Below are positions 26,609-39,709 of a DNA stretch of 64,000 nucleotides, piece by piece. Location: the NCBI GenBank assembly GCA_964234715.1, contig OZ174292.1, one strand, 5' to 3'. Below the pieces are notes generated by a model. That model was not told where the DNA came from. It made no database searches and saw only the letters and a list, made by a program, of their open reading frames with translations. The stretch's first letter is position 1, and every line of letters begins with the position of its first letter. The stretch is from Podarcis melisellensis (lineage: Eukaryota). Made by a program: the position numbers and the translations under genes.

Positions 26609-26935
26609 TCACATACGGTATATAAGCAACCCTGAAGCAGCATGGTGCAGATGGTCATTGCGCTCTACTGCCAGCTGCCAGGAGAGAGCGGAGTCCCTAA
26701 GATGGTTGGATGGCACCTTGTACACCTCCTTCCGGCAACTGCTGCAGCCAAGCTGGTGCCAAACATATTGCTCTGCTTTCCTTTGAACCACATCAGCAAG
26801 GCTGGGGTTGTCGTTTGGGCAGTCAGGACCTCCATACACACCGCCCAGGCTTGTGTCCTGGGGAGGCCACTTCAGTGCTGCTAATGCAGCGATTTGACTT
26901 TATCCCCAAAGGCACACTCCATTGTCTCTCAAATG
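26609..26935 (-). mobile_element. Probable RTE-clade retroelement 5' region fragment
   Basis: GC-richer block; minus strand gagacaatggagtgtgcc..aaaggaaagcagagcaata..tttggcaccagcttggctgcag..ccatccaaccatcttagggactcc resembles a common lacertid repeat recalled as RTE-associated. Family assignment not verified. Confidence 0.5.
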
Positions 26936-27109
26936 CCAACAATACTTGCCTTATTAACAGAACCAATCCAATGCCACAGTGAACTCTGTTCCTTCTAAAG
27001 CAGTCAACAAAGCTGCTTAATAACGATCTGTATGTATTACCCACTGAAGCAGCTAGGTGGATGTCAGTTACTGTAATTAATCCAACTTTTCCAGGTGGTG
27101 GTGAATGTG

Positions 27110-27324
27110 AGTATCTCGGGTTGCGTTAGGTTCATGGTGCGTCTTTTTGGCTCATGAACACGGCAAACCCGGAAGTGTATACTTCTGGGTTTCACCGCGT
27201 GCAAACATGCAGAAGCGCTCTATCATGCTCTGCGCTTGTGCAGAAGCACCGCTCTACTTGCAGACTTTTCGGGGTGCGAATGGTACCCTGGAACGGATCG
27301 TGTCCACAACTAGAGGTACCACTG
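27110..27324 (+). mobile_element. MITE family B-related, left end truncated or degenerate
   Basis: Ends ggaacggatc...gaggtaccactg|TA like 62264-62476; internal aaacccggaagtgtatacttctgggttt palindrome. Left boundary approximate. Confidence 0.75.
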
Positions 27325-27705
27325 TACCTCAATAAGAGTTATATGTAAGATACATATGTAACTTTTTATGGAACCAACATGGCAATGATTCTACATATTC
27401 AAGTAATTAGTCCAATAAAACTTAACAGTATGTAAACAGTACAATGGAATAAAGTTGATATCTCTTTCTCAGCAAACACTTCACTTTCCACACATACAAA
27501 GGCTCTTTCCATCATCTAGTGGAGGAATCCCACTGTTGAAAGAATTAAAGAGGAGGAGACTATTGCCAGTTCCACCTCTCACATCATTACAGCAGGTTCC
27601 CCAACCCTTCAGTACAGATTCTGGGACGGCACACAGAGAGCTGCAGGGGGAAAGGGGAACTAACAAATCTCACCTTCCACTAGTGGCAGCACACTCTGAA
27701 TCCAA

Positions 27706-27970
27706 GGTCCCATCTGTACTCTACCTTGAAAGCACATTTCATACCAGTCATTACTTCCCCCAAAGAATCCTGAGGATTATAGCTTGTTAAAGGTGCTGGG
27801 AATTGTTAGGAGTCCCCTATTCTCCTCAAAGAGCTACAATTTCCAGCATGGTGTAACACTCAGTGTCCCTTCCCAGGGAACTCTTGAGAATTGTTCCCAG
27901 ATTCTTGATGAAACCATGACTGTTTAAAGTGGTATCAGGATGCTTTAAATACATAGTGAGGATGAGATCC
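27706..27970. mobile_element. Old palindromic DNA-transposon derivative
   Basis: Degenerate fold-back: ggtcccatc..aaagcac..ataccagtcat at left versus catgactg..tggtat..tgcttt..gatgagatcc at right. Confidence 0.45.
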
Positions 27971-28739
27971 AAGTTGATTTCTTTCAACGTTTTGTCATAT
28001 AGTGTCTTTATCATCTTTTTTCTAAATTTCTTCCAATTTGCTTACATTTTCCTTTAAGTGTGTTAATCTGAGATGTGGCACATGATGGAAAGGTGCTATT
28101 TTTTGCTATTTGGATATCATACTTCTATCAAACATTTTAAAAGGAAGCATCAAGTAATATAATAGTTTTGTTAGTAAAATACTAGCTAGCTTTTAAAAAA
28201 ACAATAGCAGCAGTTCACTCACTACTGAAAAAATGTTCAGTTTATTATTAATCAAGGCCTTCTCAGCACGGCCATTCAGTTATCCAAGATTTCATGATCT
28301 GCATTTTATTTTGTAACTCCGTTTGATCTTTCTTGGAATTAATTTTGTGGCTTACAGACCAGTTCTCAAAACTACCAAGTTCATTCCAATCCAAAACCCT
28401 ATCCTCCAAAGCATTTACAATCAAATTTTACTAGTTTACTTATGAGAATGTCATGTGGAACTGTGTCAAAAGCACTGCTAAATTTGATTATGCTGAAGAT
28501 TATATCTACTGCATTCCCTTTATCCACTAAACCACTTATCTTATGAAAGACGGAGATTAGTCTGAACTGGCATGTATTTCTAAAATTTGCACTATGTACT
28601 AAGCAATCACCTCTGAATTTTCTTCCAGAGCATCTTACAAAGCAAAAAACAAATTCCTTTGTGGGATTTCAGCAGGGTAAAAGATTTATTGGCCTAATGG
28701 AAAGATTCTTCATAGAGCTGCCCTCTTATACTACCTCCA

Positions 28740-30140
28740 CACCACAAAGCACGGTACAGATAGCATGCCAAGAGTTCATGCTTGGAAAATGGCTACAATT
28801 ATTGCAATTCCTTCATTCATCTGCATACTGAATGTGCTCGCAGATATCATATTTGCATTAATTCTTGAATATGCACATTATCAGCCATCTATGATCTCTA
28901 AAAACCACGGGGCGTTTTTTTATAATGTTTTGCATTACCATGAGGTGGCTTTTACAACGATGCCCCAGAAGCATGCACATGAAAATATTTAGTTGGAATG
29001 TGTGGCTTATGCAACATTGTCAAAGATGGGAGTGAGATTTGGATCCTGTGTGAGCTGTTCTGAACTAGTTGCTTAGTTGATACTTTCTGACAAACAGTGT
29101 TTAATTATAAAGACACACAATTACAAAAGCTTAGTTTTGTGTACAAAGGGTGAGTTGCCCTTCTTATATATTTCTATGAGTGTGAAATGGACACTAGAAT
29201 CTGCAAAGTGATTATAAGGAACCCAAGGATGATCATTATTCTTAGCTAATTATCCAGGGGGTGGGGGAGCACAGATCTTTTGTAATGTATGTGAATTAGA
29301 TAACACAGGACTACTCTACATCACTCGAGAATCAAAACAAACGTGTAGTTAATTGTAAAACTCCAGTAAGATCTCCAATTATCTATTCTGTACTGTTTAT
29401 GGACAAAAGAGAACATCTGGCCTATAGTGCCTTTTGTCTGTTTGTGTATACTGGAACAGCATTCAACCAGACATTATTCCGTAATCAAACTATTAGGGAA
29501 TCACCGCATTTATGGCAATTGAGGATGAATAAATTGCCAGCAGGATCAAGGTGGAACACTACAGAAACAATAGATGATGTTTAGGATAAATCATTCAGTC
29601 GCTCTGAGATGATGGAATGACTTCTGGATAAAACTGAAATCAATTTTTTATCATGAAGGCACTCCAAACCCCTGTACACACTTAAAGGGATTTCTTACTA
29701 TTGTCCTGGTGACTGAGAAGATCATTTATTATAAAAGATGAAACCCGTTGATGGAATGGATTATTTGTCAGTATCCCATAAAAGCGGAAGCACTCTGAAG
29801 AGATCCATAAACTTCCCCCAAGGAATTATTTGAAGCAGTTTTTGACAGATCCATTCTAACGAAGCAACAGACCTCCTTCCCACAGCAACCATACCATATC
29901 ACTGTGCTTATCTGACATAACTGACCACACTACAAATTCTTCTTTTATCTTGATGCAGCGCCGTACTTATATGTAATCCTTAGTTGACGAAACCTACCAT
30001 GTCGCTATCATGCAAAACACAATCCAAAGGGGGAAAGGAAATGTGCTTCCCATTTTAATGTTGACTCAATAGCTATTAATTTGTTGTTTTTTTAAAAAGC
30101 GATAAAAAAATTAACTGCCATCTAAATCAGTTTTAAACCA
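28740..30140. promoter_or_regulatory. Candidate conserved non-coding block
   Basis: About 1.4 kb with no recognisable TE, retained CpGs, and octamer ATTTGCAT at ~28851. Confidence 0.35.
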
Positions 30141-31152
30141 TCGGTTTAAAATTGGTTAATCCAGATGAAGATGTATGCTTTTATATTTCAAGCAGTCTGT
30201 TTCAAATACAGAAACAAACAAGCAAACTTGTCATGTTCATATATAGGCCTTTATGTATTTTGCTGTTTTCTACTCATTTATCATTTCTATTACGCCCTTT
30301 CCACTTCATTATCTTCTCCAGTGTGCCAAATAATCTGTTGGAACTATAATATATATGAAACAAAAATTGTTTTCACCCAAACCACATATATTTTAACTTT
30401 ACTGCATTCTAGAAAGTGTACACAATTTACAAAAAATCAAAATACATGCAATAGCTCACTGTACACATTTCTGTTTCCAACTGCTTCATGTTTTCTCTTT
30501 ATAACATTACACTCTGCATCATTTCAGTTGATTCATTGTTAGTAATGCTAATTCTCAATTGTCAATGGTTCTTGATTTTTTCAAAGCTGAGCACAACATT
30601 TAGAGTACAAACTAGGTCTCTCTCTCTCTCTCGTTTGGTGGGTACAAGTATGAGGACCACAGGAACAGTTAAATTCAGGGCATGGTTGGTCTACCACACA
30701 GTCGGGGGAATTCTTTAAATAGAGCCTGTCACTCTCTTTGCCCATCAATGNNNNNNNNNNNNNNNNNNNNNNNNNNNNNNNNNNNNNNNNNNNNNNNNNN
30801 NNNNNNNNNNNNNNNNNNNNNNNNNNNNNNNNNNNNNNNNNNNNNNNNNNNNNNNNNNNNNNNNNNNNNNNNNNNNNNNNNNNGCTTCAATGTTATTTTT
30901 TTTCAGAGTTCACAGCAAACTCAACCCCCCCCCCCTCCAAACATTTCAGCCCCACTGGAGAATAAATGATATAATACGCAATTCAGTATTCCAGTTGTAT
31001 ACCTTTTGTTTGAAACTGAAAAGCCCAACCAAAACAAAACTATCCCCTTTTTTTAACAAGAACCTTTCCTACAAACCCTTCACCTTGTGGTTATTCTTTG
31101 TGATCAAGATGGGAGAATAGCGTTTTTGAACATAAAATCCACTGGCTGTTCT

Positions 31153-31186
<34 letters not shown>
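31153..31186. repeat. (GA)n microsatellite
   Basis: Directly visible. Confidence 0.95.
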
Positions 31187-31934
31187 CCACCTGGTGGGTA
31201 CAGGAGCCCCATTACTGATCATGGGGACTTAGGTTCTGTGAACTCAAAAGTGGCAGCAATTTTGCAGAATGTGCCGGCAAGCTGCTGGAGTAGAGGACTG
31301 GCCTAAACCTGTCAAGGCCACAACTGAATATTCGTGTGGCTAGTGAAATTGCTTGAGGACAGACTTAGGATTGGGGTGGGAGGAGAATAGGGAGCTGTCT
31401 TCACCTAATTTCCTTTTTTTTTTAAAAAAAAGGTCCTCTTCCCAACAAAAAATTAGGTGGAGACAAGTGGGAGCCAAACCTCCACTTAATTCTCCACCCA
31501 CAATTCTAATCCAAAATCTGCCCTCAAGCAATTCCACAAGTCACATTTATTTTTATTAACACCAAGCTGATAGACAATAGCACATCTATTTTTATTATTT
31601 AATAATGGAAGCAGCTTTCAACCTGAACTATATAAGATTGCCTAGGCACACAGTTTAATGTCCATCTCAGATGGGTGGTCCAGGTTACAACAGTAGCTAA
31701 GAATACCATCCAGGTGTTCCAAATACACTGTCTAGAGCATCTGGTTATATCATGTGTGGGAATTCACTAGGGATTCTGTTAACTTATTGAATGTCCTGCT
31801 GCCTAACAGATTCCTAGGTTAAACCATGAATCTGGTCTTGATGACTCCCAATTTACTAGCACTAGCAGACTTCAGAAAGGCCACCTGGTCAGAAGACAGC
31901 TAAAACAATAATATGCCTATGCCAGAATAATTAT

Positions 31935-32178
31935 GGGTAGCGTTCAATTTAGTGCTAAAGAGATGGTTCCACCAGTAAAAACATTTCTACTTGCCCAACA
32001 AAACTATCTCCCTTCGCCTTCCCACCACCACTTTTCAGGGGGTTCTTCTGAACCTCCACAGTGGATGTGGGGGAAGTGCTGGAGGCCCATGGGGGAGGAG
32101 AGAAGGGAAGCCCTGCTACACAAACAGGAGTCCTTGTACTAGTTTCCACTAACAGATCTGGGTAGTTGAATGCGGCCC
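31935..32178. mobile_element. Old non-autonomous DNA transposon (PIF/Harbinger-like)
   Basis: TIRs gggtagcgttcaa / ttgaatgcggccc, with tat on both flanks and internal fold-back symmetry. Confidence 0.55.
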
Positions 32179-32633
32179 TATAGGTTTAACATACAATGCA
32201 GGTCACAGGCTGAATTAGTGATTCTAAAAATGGCTGTAATACAGATGATTAAAATATGGGGTGTGCTGCTATGGGACCTTTGTCATGACCAAACCATTAT
32301 CTAATAGGGGTGCAGTTTCTTGAAGCTCAAAGATCTCCACAAGGGTTGTGGGCTGATAAAGATGGTTTGCTGTTTGAGATTCACGGAACCAATCACTTTT
32401 CAGAACTCTTGAAAATGTATCCATTGGTGGTAACAACTAAGGAGCTGGTAGTATGGGTGAATCTCTTGATCTGATAGGTCCTGAGGATCCTCTTTCACAA
32501 TTTCATTAATGGTGCAACCATAGCTTAGAGAGATACTGGGAGAGAGAGGGCAGATTACTGTTACTGTAACAAAAGCAGCACACTCAAACTTGAGCAAATG
32601 AATCCAACTGACTGTACCACCTGTTTCCTTATA

Positions 32634-32828
32634 CAGTGGTACCTCTGGTTACGAACTTAATTCATTCTTAAGCTGAAACAGTTCTTATCCTGAGGCGTGC
32701 TTTCGCTAATGGGGCCTCTGGCGCATGATTTCCGTTCACATCCTGGGGCAAAGTTCGCAACCAGGAGCAGCTACTTCCAGGTTACCAGAGCTCATAACCT
32801 GAAGCATTCATAACCAGAGGTACCACTG
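32634..32828 (-). mobile_element. MITE family A-related (reverse orientation)
   Basis: TA|cagtggtacctctggtta ... taaccagaggtaccactg|TA; body resembles the reverse complement of 53223-53441. Confidence 0.9.
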
Positions 32829-35800
32829 TAGGGATGAGGAAATTAGAACACAGAAAATGTTCATGCAACGATACTCACTTCTGAGCACAATTAAAGGTGC
32901 TAGTCTTGATCTAACACCCTTGTAGAGTCGTGCTGCAGAAGATTCATATTATTACATTCATATTCCCACTGTTCCTCCAAAACTACTCCGGGCCAAAATA
33001 AGAACTATCCCCAAGCTTTCAAAAACACACATGTAATATATAGTCTTATGTATTATAGTCCCTAGCTCATCTCACTAGCTTACAGTGCCAAGCCTGCTTA
33101 TCTTAGAAAGGGTCACTCTTCATATTAAAACCAGCTGGATAAGCCCTGTTGTTCTCATTTCAAAAACTCAAGACTGCAGTTTATGAACAGCTCAGCAGCA
33201 TGTAAAGTGAATCACTAGCTCTTTCTCCCATATCTGTCCTGCCTTTACCTACCCTTAGGATGGCTTCCTGCATTAGGAATGGCTGTCAAGACTATAAATG
33301 TTGACGCCTACAGTCTGCTACACTATTACAGAGCCTAACTGGAACAATATAAATAACAAGAACTGTTATCATCAATGGAACAAAGAAAAATTGAAACATA
33401 GGTACTTTGGATTTTCAAAAGGCTTGAATTTTTCTTTAAATTGCTCACTAATTCTCCCTATGCAGGCTGTTGTGACTTGGAAAGGGGCACTTATTTGTGT
33501 AGCTCAACCATTTCTTTGCCTCTTTTCCCCTCCTTTATGGTCGGCATCCAAAAATAGAGACCTTCTAAGAAAAGGAATCAGGTTATTTCTTCCATTCCTC
33601 CTTGGGTTTACTTTCTACAGACAGAAAACCTTGTTTCTGGCTTGCCTGCAAAGCAGTTTTTCATCTAATAGTTAGATTCTAGCCGCAGAATGCAAAAGGA
33701 AAGGCAGCGCAGATTATGTTTCTCAAGCAGGGGTTCTCAACTTGTAGAGAGCACAACTTTCAAAAGCACAACTGCTTTTGAAAGCAAGTCAAAAATGAAT
33801 ATTCGAGCTTGTGTTATCTTGTGCCATGCTTTAAAGTAACTTGTTCACAACTTTTCTGGACATAAAGCTGTCAAAATATTACATAAGCTGAAAGAATACA
33901 TTTCTTAAACCCAGGGCACCATACTATGCTTAACATTTCACTTCCGTCTCCAGGAAAATTATGACCATTTTTAAGTGCACCACACAACTCAGATAGTTTC
34001 TCAACTGTATAGCTATCTTAGAGGTCTTTCACAATTTATGACAACTGCAAGTAATCCGCTACTATTCAAATCCTTATTCAAAAGTGTGCATTGAAAGTGC
34101 ACTTCCCCCTTTATTTTAAATTCAAATTGTAAAATTGTTTGTTGCATTCCTCAAAGTAAAACTATCAAGCTACAGCTATGAAAATCTGTAGATGGCTGTC
34201 GCTCTCTTCCATACAAAAAGAGCAAGACAATAGCTGCTTCTTTTCAATATGTCCAAGAGTAAAAAGCGAGGGAGGGGGAAGGAATGGTAAACCATGACTA
34301 CCACCTTTGCATTTTGCAAGATGCAAAAAGGGGCAGTTCAGCAAGTTTAGCCAACCAGCTGGGACTTCCCTATAGAAGGGAATGCTTGGGAGCTTCATGG
34401 ATCCTTTGGGCTCTGTGACTCGTTTTAGTTTGCATTAGGAGCTAAAACTGCCCCTGGCCAGCTGGAAGAATTGGAAGCTTGCGCAGCTTGGCAGGAAGCC
34501 ATGTCTGCTTGCTCCCCGACTCCCCTGGGCTGCACTAAGCACAACTTGGTTACATTTGAGTACTAAAACTGCTATTCTAGGGTGCATCTTATCTAGTCAT
34601 ATCATTCCCCACGCATATGGTGAACTGATTGACACCATTAATTAATGACCTTAGCATATATTTGCTTACAGTTAAGACTGAGTTCTGGGACCAGAAGGAG
34701 ACTTTGGTTTTAAAAAAAGAATAGTACTGAACCAAAGCACTGTCTTTCAATTTATCATATGTATAGTTTAATCTTCTCTGTTTTCAGATGCTTTTGGGTA
34801 GTGATACACAATTTTGCCCATCTTTTTTTTTTTTAACAGCTTCTGCACCGATGCATTAAGATTAAATCCTCATGTATTTCCCTAATATATTGCTGCAACT
34901 TGCATTGGGCTGAAAACTTGATATGCTCCTAAAAATATGTAGTTTTTTGAAAGGTAACTTCGCTCAAATTAAGCAATAAAATAATTTTTCATTTGTCCGA
35001 CTCCTTGATGTAAAAATAAATCAAAAGCTTATGTAAGATAATACCGCTTACATATGAACATCCAGATGCCAAGAGACCCAAAGCAATTCTCAGTTTAACG
35101 TTTTCAAAGGCACAGACTAGTGATCACACGATACTGGTGATACTCTCTAGTTACCCTTGGCAACCCTTCTCAACTGTAACGATGCTCTGCCCCTACAATA
35201 GCTCACTGGGCAGCTTTCTCTTCACTTAGCTGAATGCTTTGGGACCATCTNNNNNNNNNNNNNNNNNNNNNNNNNNNNNNNNNNNNNNNNNNNNNNNNNN
35301 NNNNNNNNNNNNNNNNNNNNNNNNNNNNNNNNNNNNNNNNNNNNNNNNNNNNNNNNNNNNNNNNNNNNNNNNNNNNNNNNNNNNNNNNNNNNNNNNNNNN
35401 NNNNNNNNNNNNNNNNNNNNNNNNNNNNNNNNNNNNNNNNNNNNNNNNNNNNNNNNNNNNNNNNNNNNNNNNNNNNNNNNNNNNNNNNNNNNNNGGGGAG
35501 GAAAGGAAAAAATGGTTTTAGCCAGGTCTTTTGACTAATTCAGTGCGTACACAATTCAACAAATAGCTATACAAGAGGAATGCTTTTTTGGGGGGGGGGA
35601 ATGGGGAGAACTATTACAGAATAACAATAATTTGGGGACATGCATTTAACCAAGCAATGTAAGGCCATGACACTGGTAAGAACAAAACAGCATTTTTCTT
35701 TAAAAGAAAAAGAAGCATCTTTTTGCAGGAATAAATTTGGTTAAAGGAAACACGGTGCAAACTCAAGACAAACATGGTAATCCTAAATTCTTTAGATGGA

Positions 35801-37087
35801 ACGAAAGTTTCAGTGGAATTAACGGAACGTACTTCCAAATAACTAGATTGGACTTACTTTCAAATAGCTAGATAGGGTTGGGATGTAAGAAATACCTGTA
35901 AAACTATTGTCTGAATCCAGAGTACTACTTTAGTTCAGAGAGGCAACTTGGGTTACAATGGAGTTGACTTTTCCTCCAACTTGACCAGCTGACTCCTATG
36001 CCACATCACAAGCTGATTTTGAAATTCTACTCAGTTATAACTCTACTGTGTCTGCCCTGTGGCACTGAGTGAGTGTGTGGGATCTTCTTTCCCCAAAACC
36101 GCTCCAGAGAGAACCCCTGGATTTAGGAGGTGTGCACGGGAAGAACATTCTGTTCCGCAAGCAGAAATCCTTGCACTGGCAGAATGACTGCCTTAGCTCT
36201 ACACTGGATTCCACCCAAAGTCTCCTTAGGCTCACAAAATTAGTTTCACAGCTCTTTGTATTATTAAAAATACTTGTATTATTAAAATAAATTTATAAAA
36301 TAGAAAGGCTCACAGTGATAAAAGTTAACAGAATGAATTTAAGCTATTTAATTAGTAAATAAATGTTTAACTCTATTTAAGTTACTATTGCCTCTCTTAA
36401 AGTTGGAAAGCTTTGCAGAGCTCAGATGATCCCCAAAAGGTGAACTGCTTAGCTAATTAGGCAGCTATCCTTTCACATGCTTGTAACTTCACACAGATCC
36501 ACATATTTAGATGCGGCATTGCAAACTTGTGTACCTAATTAACTTTATGTAGACGTTATAAAATTTAAAGTGTACAATACAAGGCAAGATCTTGGTAGAG
36601 AAATTTTATAGCATGAAGTGCACTATAATATTATTTTTAAAGTGTCCATCCAAAACCTTTAACAGTTCCAGCCTTGAAGATGGAGCACAAAATTCAAGCT
36701 CTGTGTTAGGAGCGCACATTCTAAAGAGGACAATACTACATGTTCTCATCTAGAGGCTTCATTTAGCATAGAGCAGAGCTGATCAGAGACCCTCGCATAT
36801 TTTATTTGCACATTCAATGGATGCAGATGAGAAAAACCACAGAAGCAAGTTCCACCACCAACCTACAGTATGTGCATTTGTTAGAAGAGTATCCCCACAC
36901 ATACAGTTCTCTGTGTGATCAAAAATACCTGAGCAGAAAAAAATTAATAATATACTTGAACAGCAACCTGGGAAGAGTGCCTTCCATGCTTATACCAATA
37001 CATGTTGGAGCCCTGTGCAGAGGCTCTTATGAATGTGCGTAGATCAGGGCAGAACCTGTCAATGTGATGCCACACATATACACAGTA

Positions 37088-37441
37088 AGGTAAAGGTCAA
37101 GGGACCCCTGACCATTAGGTCCAGTTGTGACCGACTCTGGGGTTGCGGCGCTCATCTCACTTTATTGGCCGAGGGAGCCGGTGTACAGCTTCCGGGTCAT
37201 GTGGCCAGCATGACTAAGCTGCTTCTGGCGAACCAGAGCAGTGCACGGAAACACTGTTTACCTTCCCGCTGGAGCGGTACCTATTTATCTACTTGCACTT
37301 TAATGTGCTTTCGAACTGCTAGGTTGGCAGGAGCAGGACCGAGCAATGGGAGCTCACCCCATCGCGGGGATTCAAACTGCTGACCTTCTGATCAGCAAGT
37401 CCTAGGCTCTGTGGTTTAACCCACAGCGCCACCTGCGTCCC
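37088..37441 (-). mobile_element. Full-length Sauria SINE (lacertid-like)
   Basis: Minus strand starts gggacgcaggtggcgctgtgggttaaaccacagagcc, has a B-box-like gtttgaatccc and ends in an accttt-type tail; 12-bp TSD atatacacagta at 37076-37087 and 37444-37455. Confidence 0.93.
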
Positions 37442-38124
37442 TTATATACACAGTACATTCACTGAATGCTTGGAAAATACCTGTGCAGGTCTCAGGTGCA
37501 CAGCATTTTGAAAACAGCAAGACAAATGTGATTTGTTGCCATTGGACACGATAGCAGAGAGGAGTAGCTTTACAGATTTCAGTTTACTAATATATTCCAA
37601 GGCAGAAGGACAGTTGTTCTTCCACGACAAGCTCCCGTCCCTCCGGTCTCCAACGTGCAGGATAATGAGGAGGGCAGAACTTGGGAAACATCTGGGAGAG
37701 GAGGAGCCTTAGAAGGGGTGGACGGCATGGCGCTTCAGTCCTGGCAACTGCTCTACAGGGGCAAGACTTGCTGGGAAGTATTGCTGAGTTGTATGCCATT
37801 TCCTAGAATGAAGAGTTAACTTCGCCGACAACTGACTCTGCTTTTTTTGTGCTGACCTGCATCTGACTCCAGCCCTGACAAAAGGCAACAGAAGCTGACT
37901 GTCTCAAGTGAAGTCTATGCCAAATCTGGATCTTCCACATTACTAACCTGTAATGGTTAGTATGAGGCTCATAGCTCATAGTAAATCATAAGTTCTCTCA
38001 CTCTTAAGAAAAGCATCATGTCCAGTATTTTCCAAACAGTAATTGTGGTTCTGATCATATAAAAATGTATGTAAATATAACAACTAATGTATTAAAAACA
38101 GATGATCCATGAACTAAAAAACTA

Positions 38125-38375
38125 CCATATTTTTCGCTCTATAAGACGCACCAGACCACAAGACACACCTAGTTTTTGGAGGAGGAAAACAAGGAAAAAA
38201 AATATTCTGAATCCCAGCAGCCAGAACAGCAAGAGGGATCGCTGCGCAGCGAAAGCATCTGGCTTTTGGCTTCTGGGATAGCTGCGCAGCCTGCATTCGC
38301 TCCATAAGATGCACACACATTTCCCCTTACTTTTTAGGAGGGGAAAAGGTGAGTCTTATAGAGCAAAAAATACGG
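38125..38375 (-). mobile_element. MITE family C
   Basis: TA|ccatatttttcgctctataagac ... gtcttatagagcaaaaaatacgg|TA; near reverse complement of 58745-59004. Confidence 0.9.
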
Positions 38376-39084
38376 TAATCAATTACAACCCTAAATTCAT
38401 TATAACAGTGAAGATCTCCAATTCTCCTTCCCTTCATGGCACAGGCATTCCTGCACTGATTTAGAAAAGAGATCGAGATCACGTGATCTCTTGGCTTACA
38501 GAATTATCCATAACATTCTAAACTGAGTATTTACCATGTTCACATATAAATGTCACCAAATGGGAAGTAAACACCACTTTGGAGAAGATTTAATATGCCT
38601 CTGCGAATACACTCACAGATATACAGGCACGACCTTTTGAACTGAAGGTCAAAATTATGACAATACGTTGAAATACATTAAAATACAGGCATGTCCCTTC
38701 CTTAGCTAGGGTGGGCCTGGACAACTATAGGCTCTTTTCCTATAAAAATAAAAACATCTCCAGTACCTGTATATTTCAACACACCTTTACACAGGCTATA
38801 TTTAGATGTCACAATAATAAACCATGGTTTACTGTGACAGGAATCAGCCTGTGTGGATCTCAGGCTTGTCAGCTCCCCTCTGCTGATGAGAAGCTTTTGC
38901 GTTTCATTTTTGATTAGCATTCGAAACCACAGTTTAGCATTCTGTCAAAACTCAAAAACGTGATTCATCTTAACTATGGTTTGGCTAAAGCAAGACAGCT
39001 TGATATTCCATGACCTGAAACTGGCCCATTTCAAACAAACCAGTTAAGATTATACAGTTTGATGGGGTTTGGTGACAGAGTTGC

Positions 39085-39087
<3 letters not shown>

Positions 39088-39125
<38 letters not shown>

Positions 39126-39169
39126 TATATATATGTGTGTGTGTGCATATATATGCGTGTGTGTGTATA
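39088..39169. repeat. Compound microsatellite (TAA)n-(TA)n-(GT)n
   Basis: Directly visible; source of the poly-Ile spurious ORFs. Confidence 0.95.
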
Positions 39170-39709
39170 CAGTGGTGCCTCGCAAGACAAAATTAATTCG
39201 TTCCACAAGTTTTTTCTTCTTGCAAGTTTTTTGTCTTGCGAAGCACGGTTTCCCATAGGAATGCACTGAAAATCAATCAATGCGTTCCTATGGAAACCGC
39301 CTTCAGACCAGGTCCGGGGACAGTCTGTCCCCTGACCTCTTTTGAAGGCTGGGGGGGGGACAAGGGCTTTTCTTCCCATCGCCAGCCTTCAGAAGGCTGT
39401 TCTGAAGGCTGGCGGTGGGAAGAAAAGCCCTTCTCCTCACCTCCCGCAGCGCAAGCTCCGGGGACAGGAGGGCTTTGCTGCCGACCGCCAGCATTTTAAA
39501 AGCCCCCGGGACAGCGGAGACTTTTCCGCTGTCCCGGGGCGATTTTAAAATGCTGGCGGGCAGCAGCGAAGCCTCCGCTGTCCCGGGGCAATTTTAAAAT
39601 GCTGGCGGGCGGCAGCGAAGCAAGCCCATAGGGAAATTTGTCTTGCGGAACGACTCAAAAACAGAAAACTCTTTCGTCTTGCGAGTTTTTCGTTTTGCGA
39701 GGCGTTCGT
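39170..39709. mobile_element. Longer GC-rich pogo/Tigger-like MITE running into an N gap
   Basis: TA|cagtggtgcctcgcaagac start; right part has gtcttgcgag and ttgcgaggc, complementary to the left subterminal repeat; two long internal hairpins; right TIR lost in gap 39710-39852. Confidence 0.85.
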
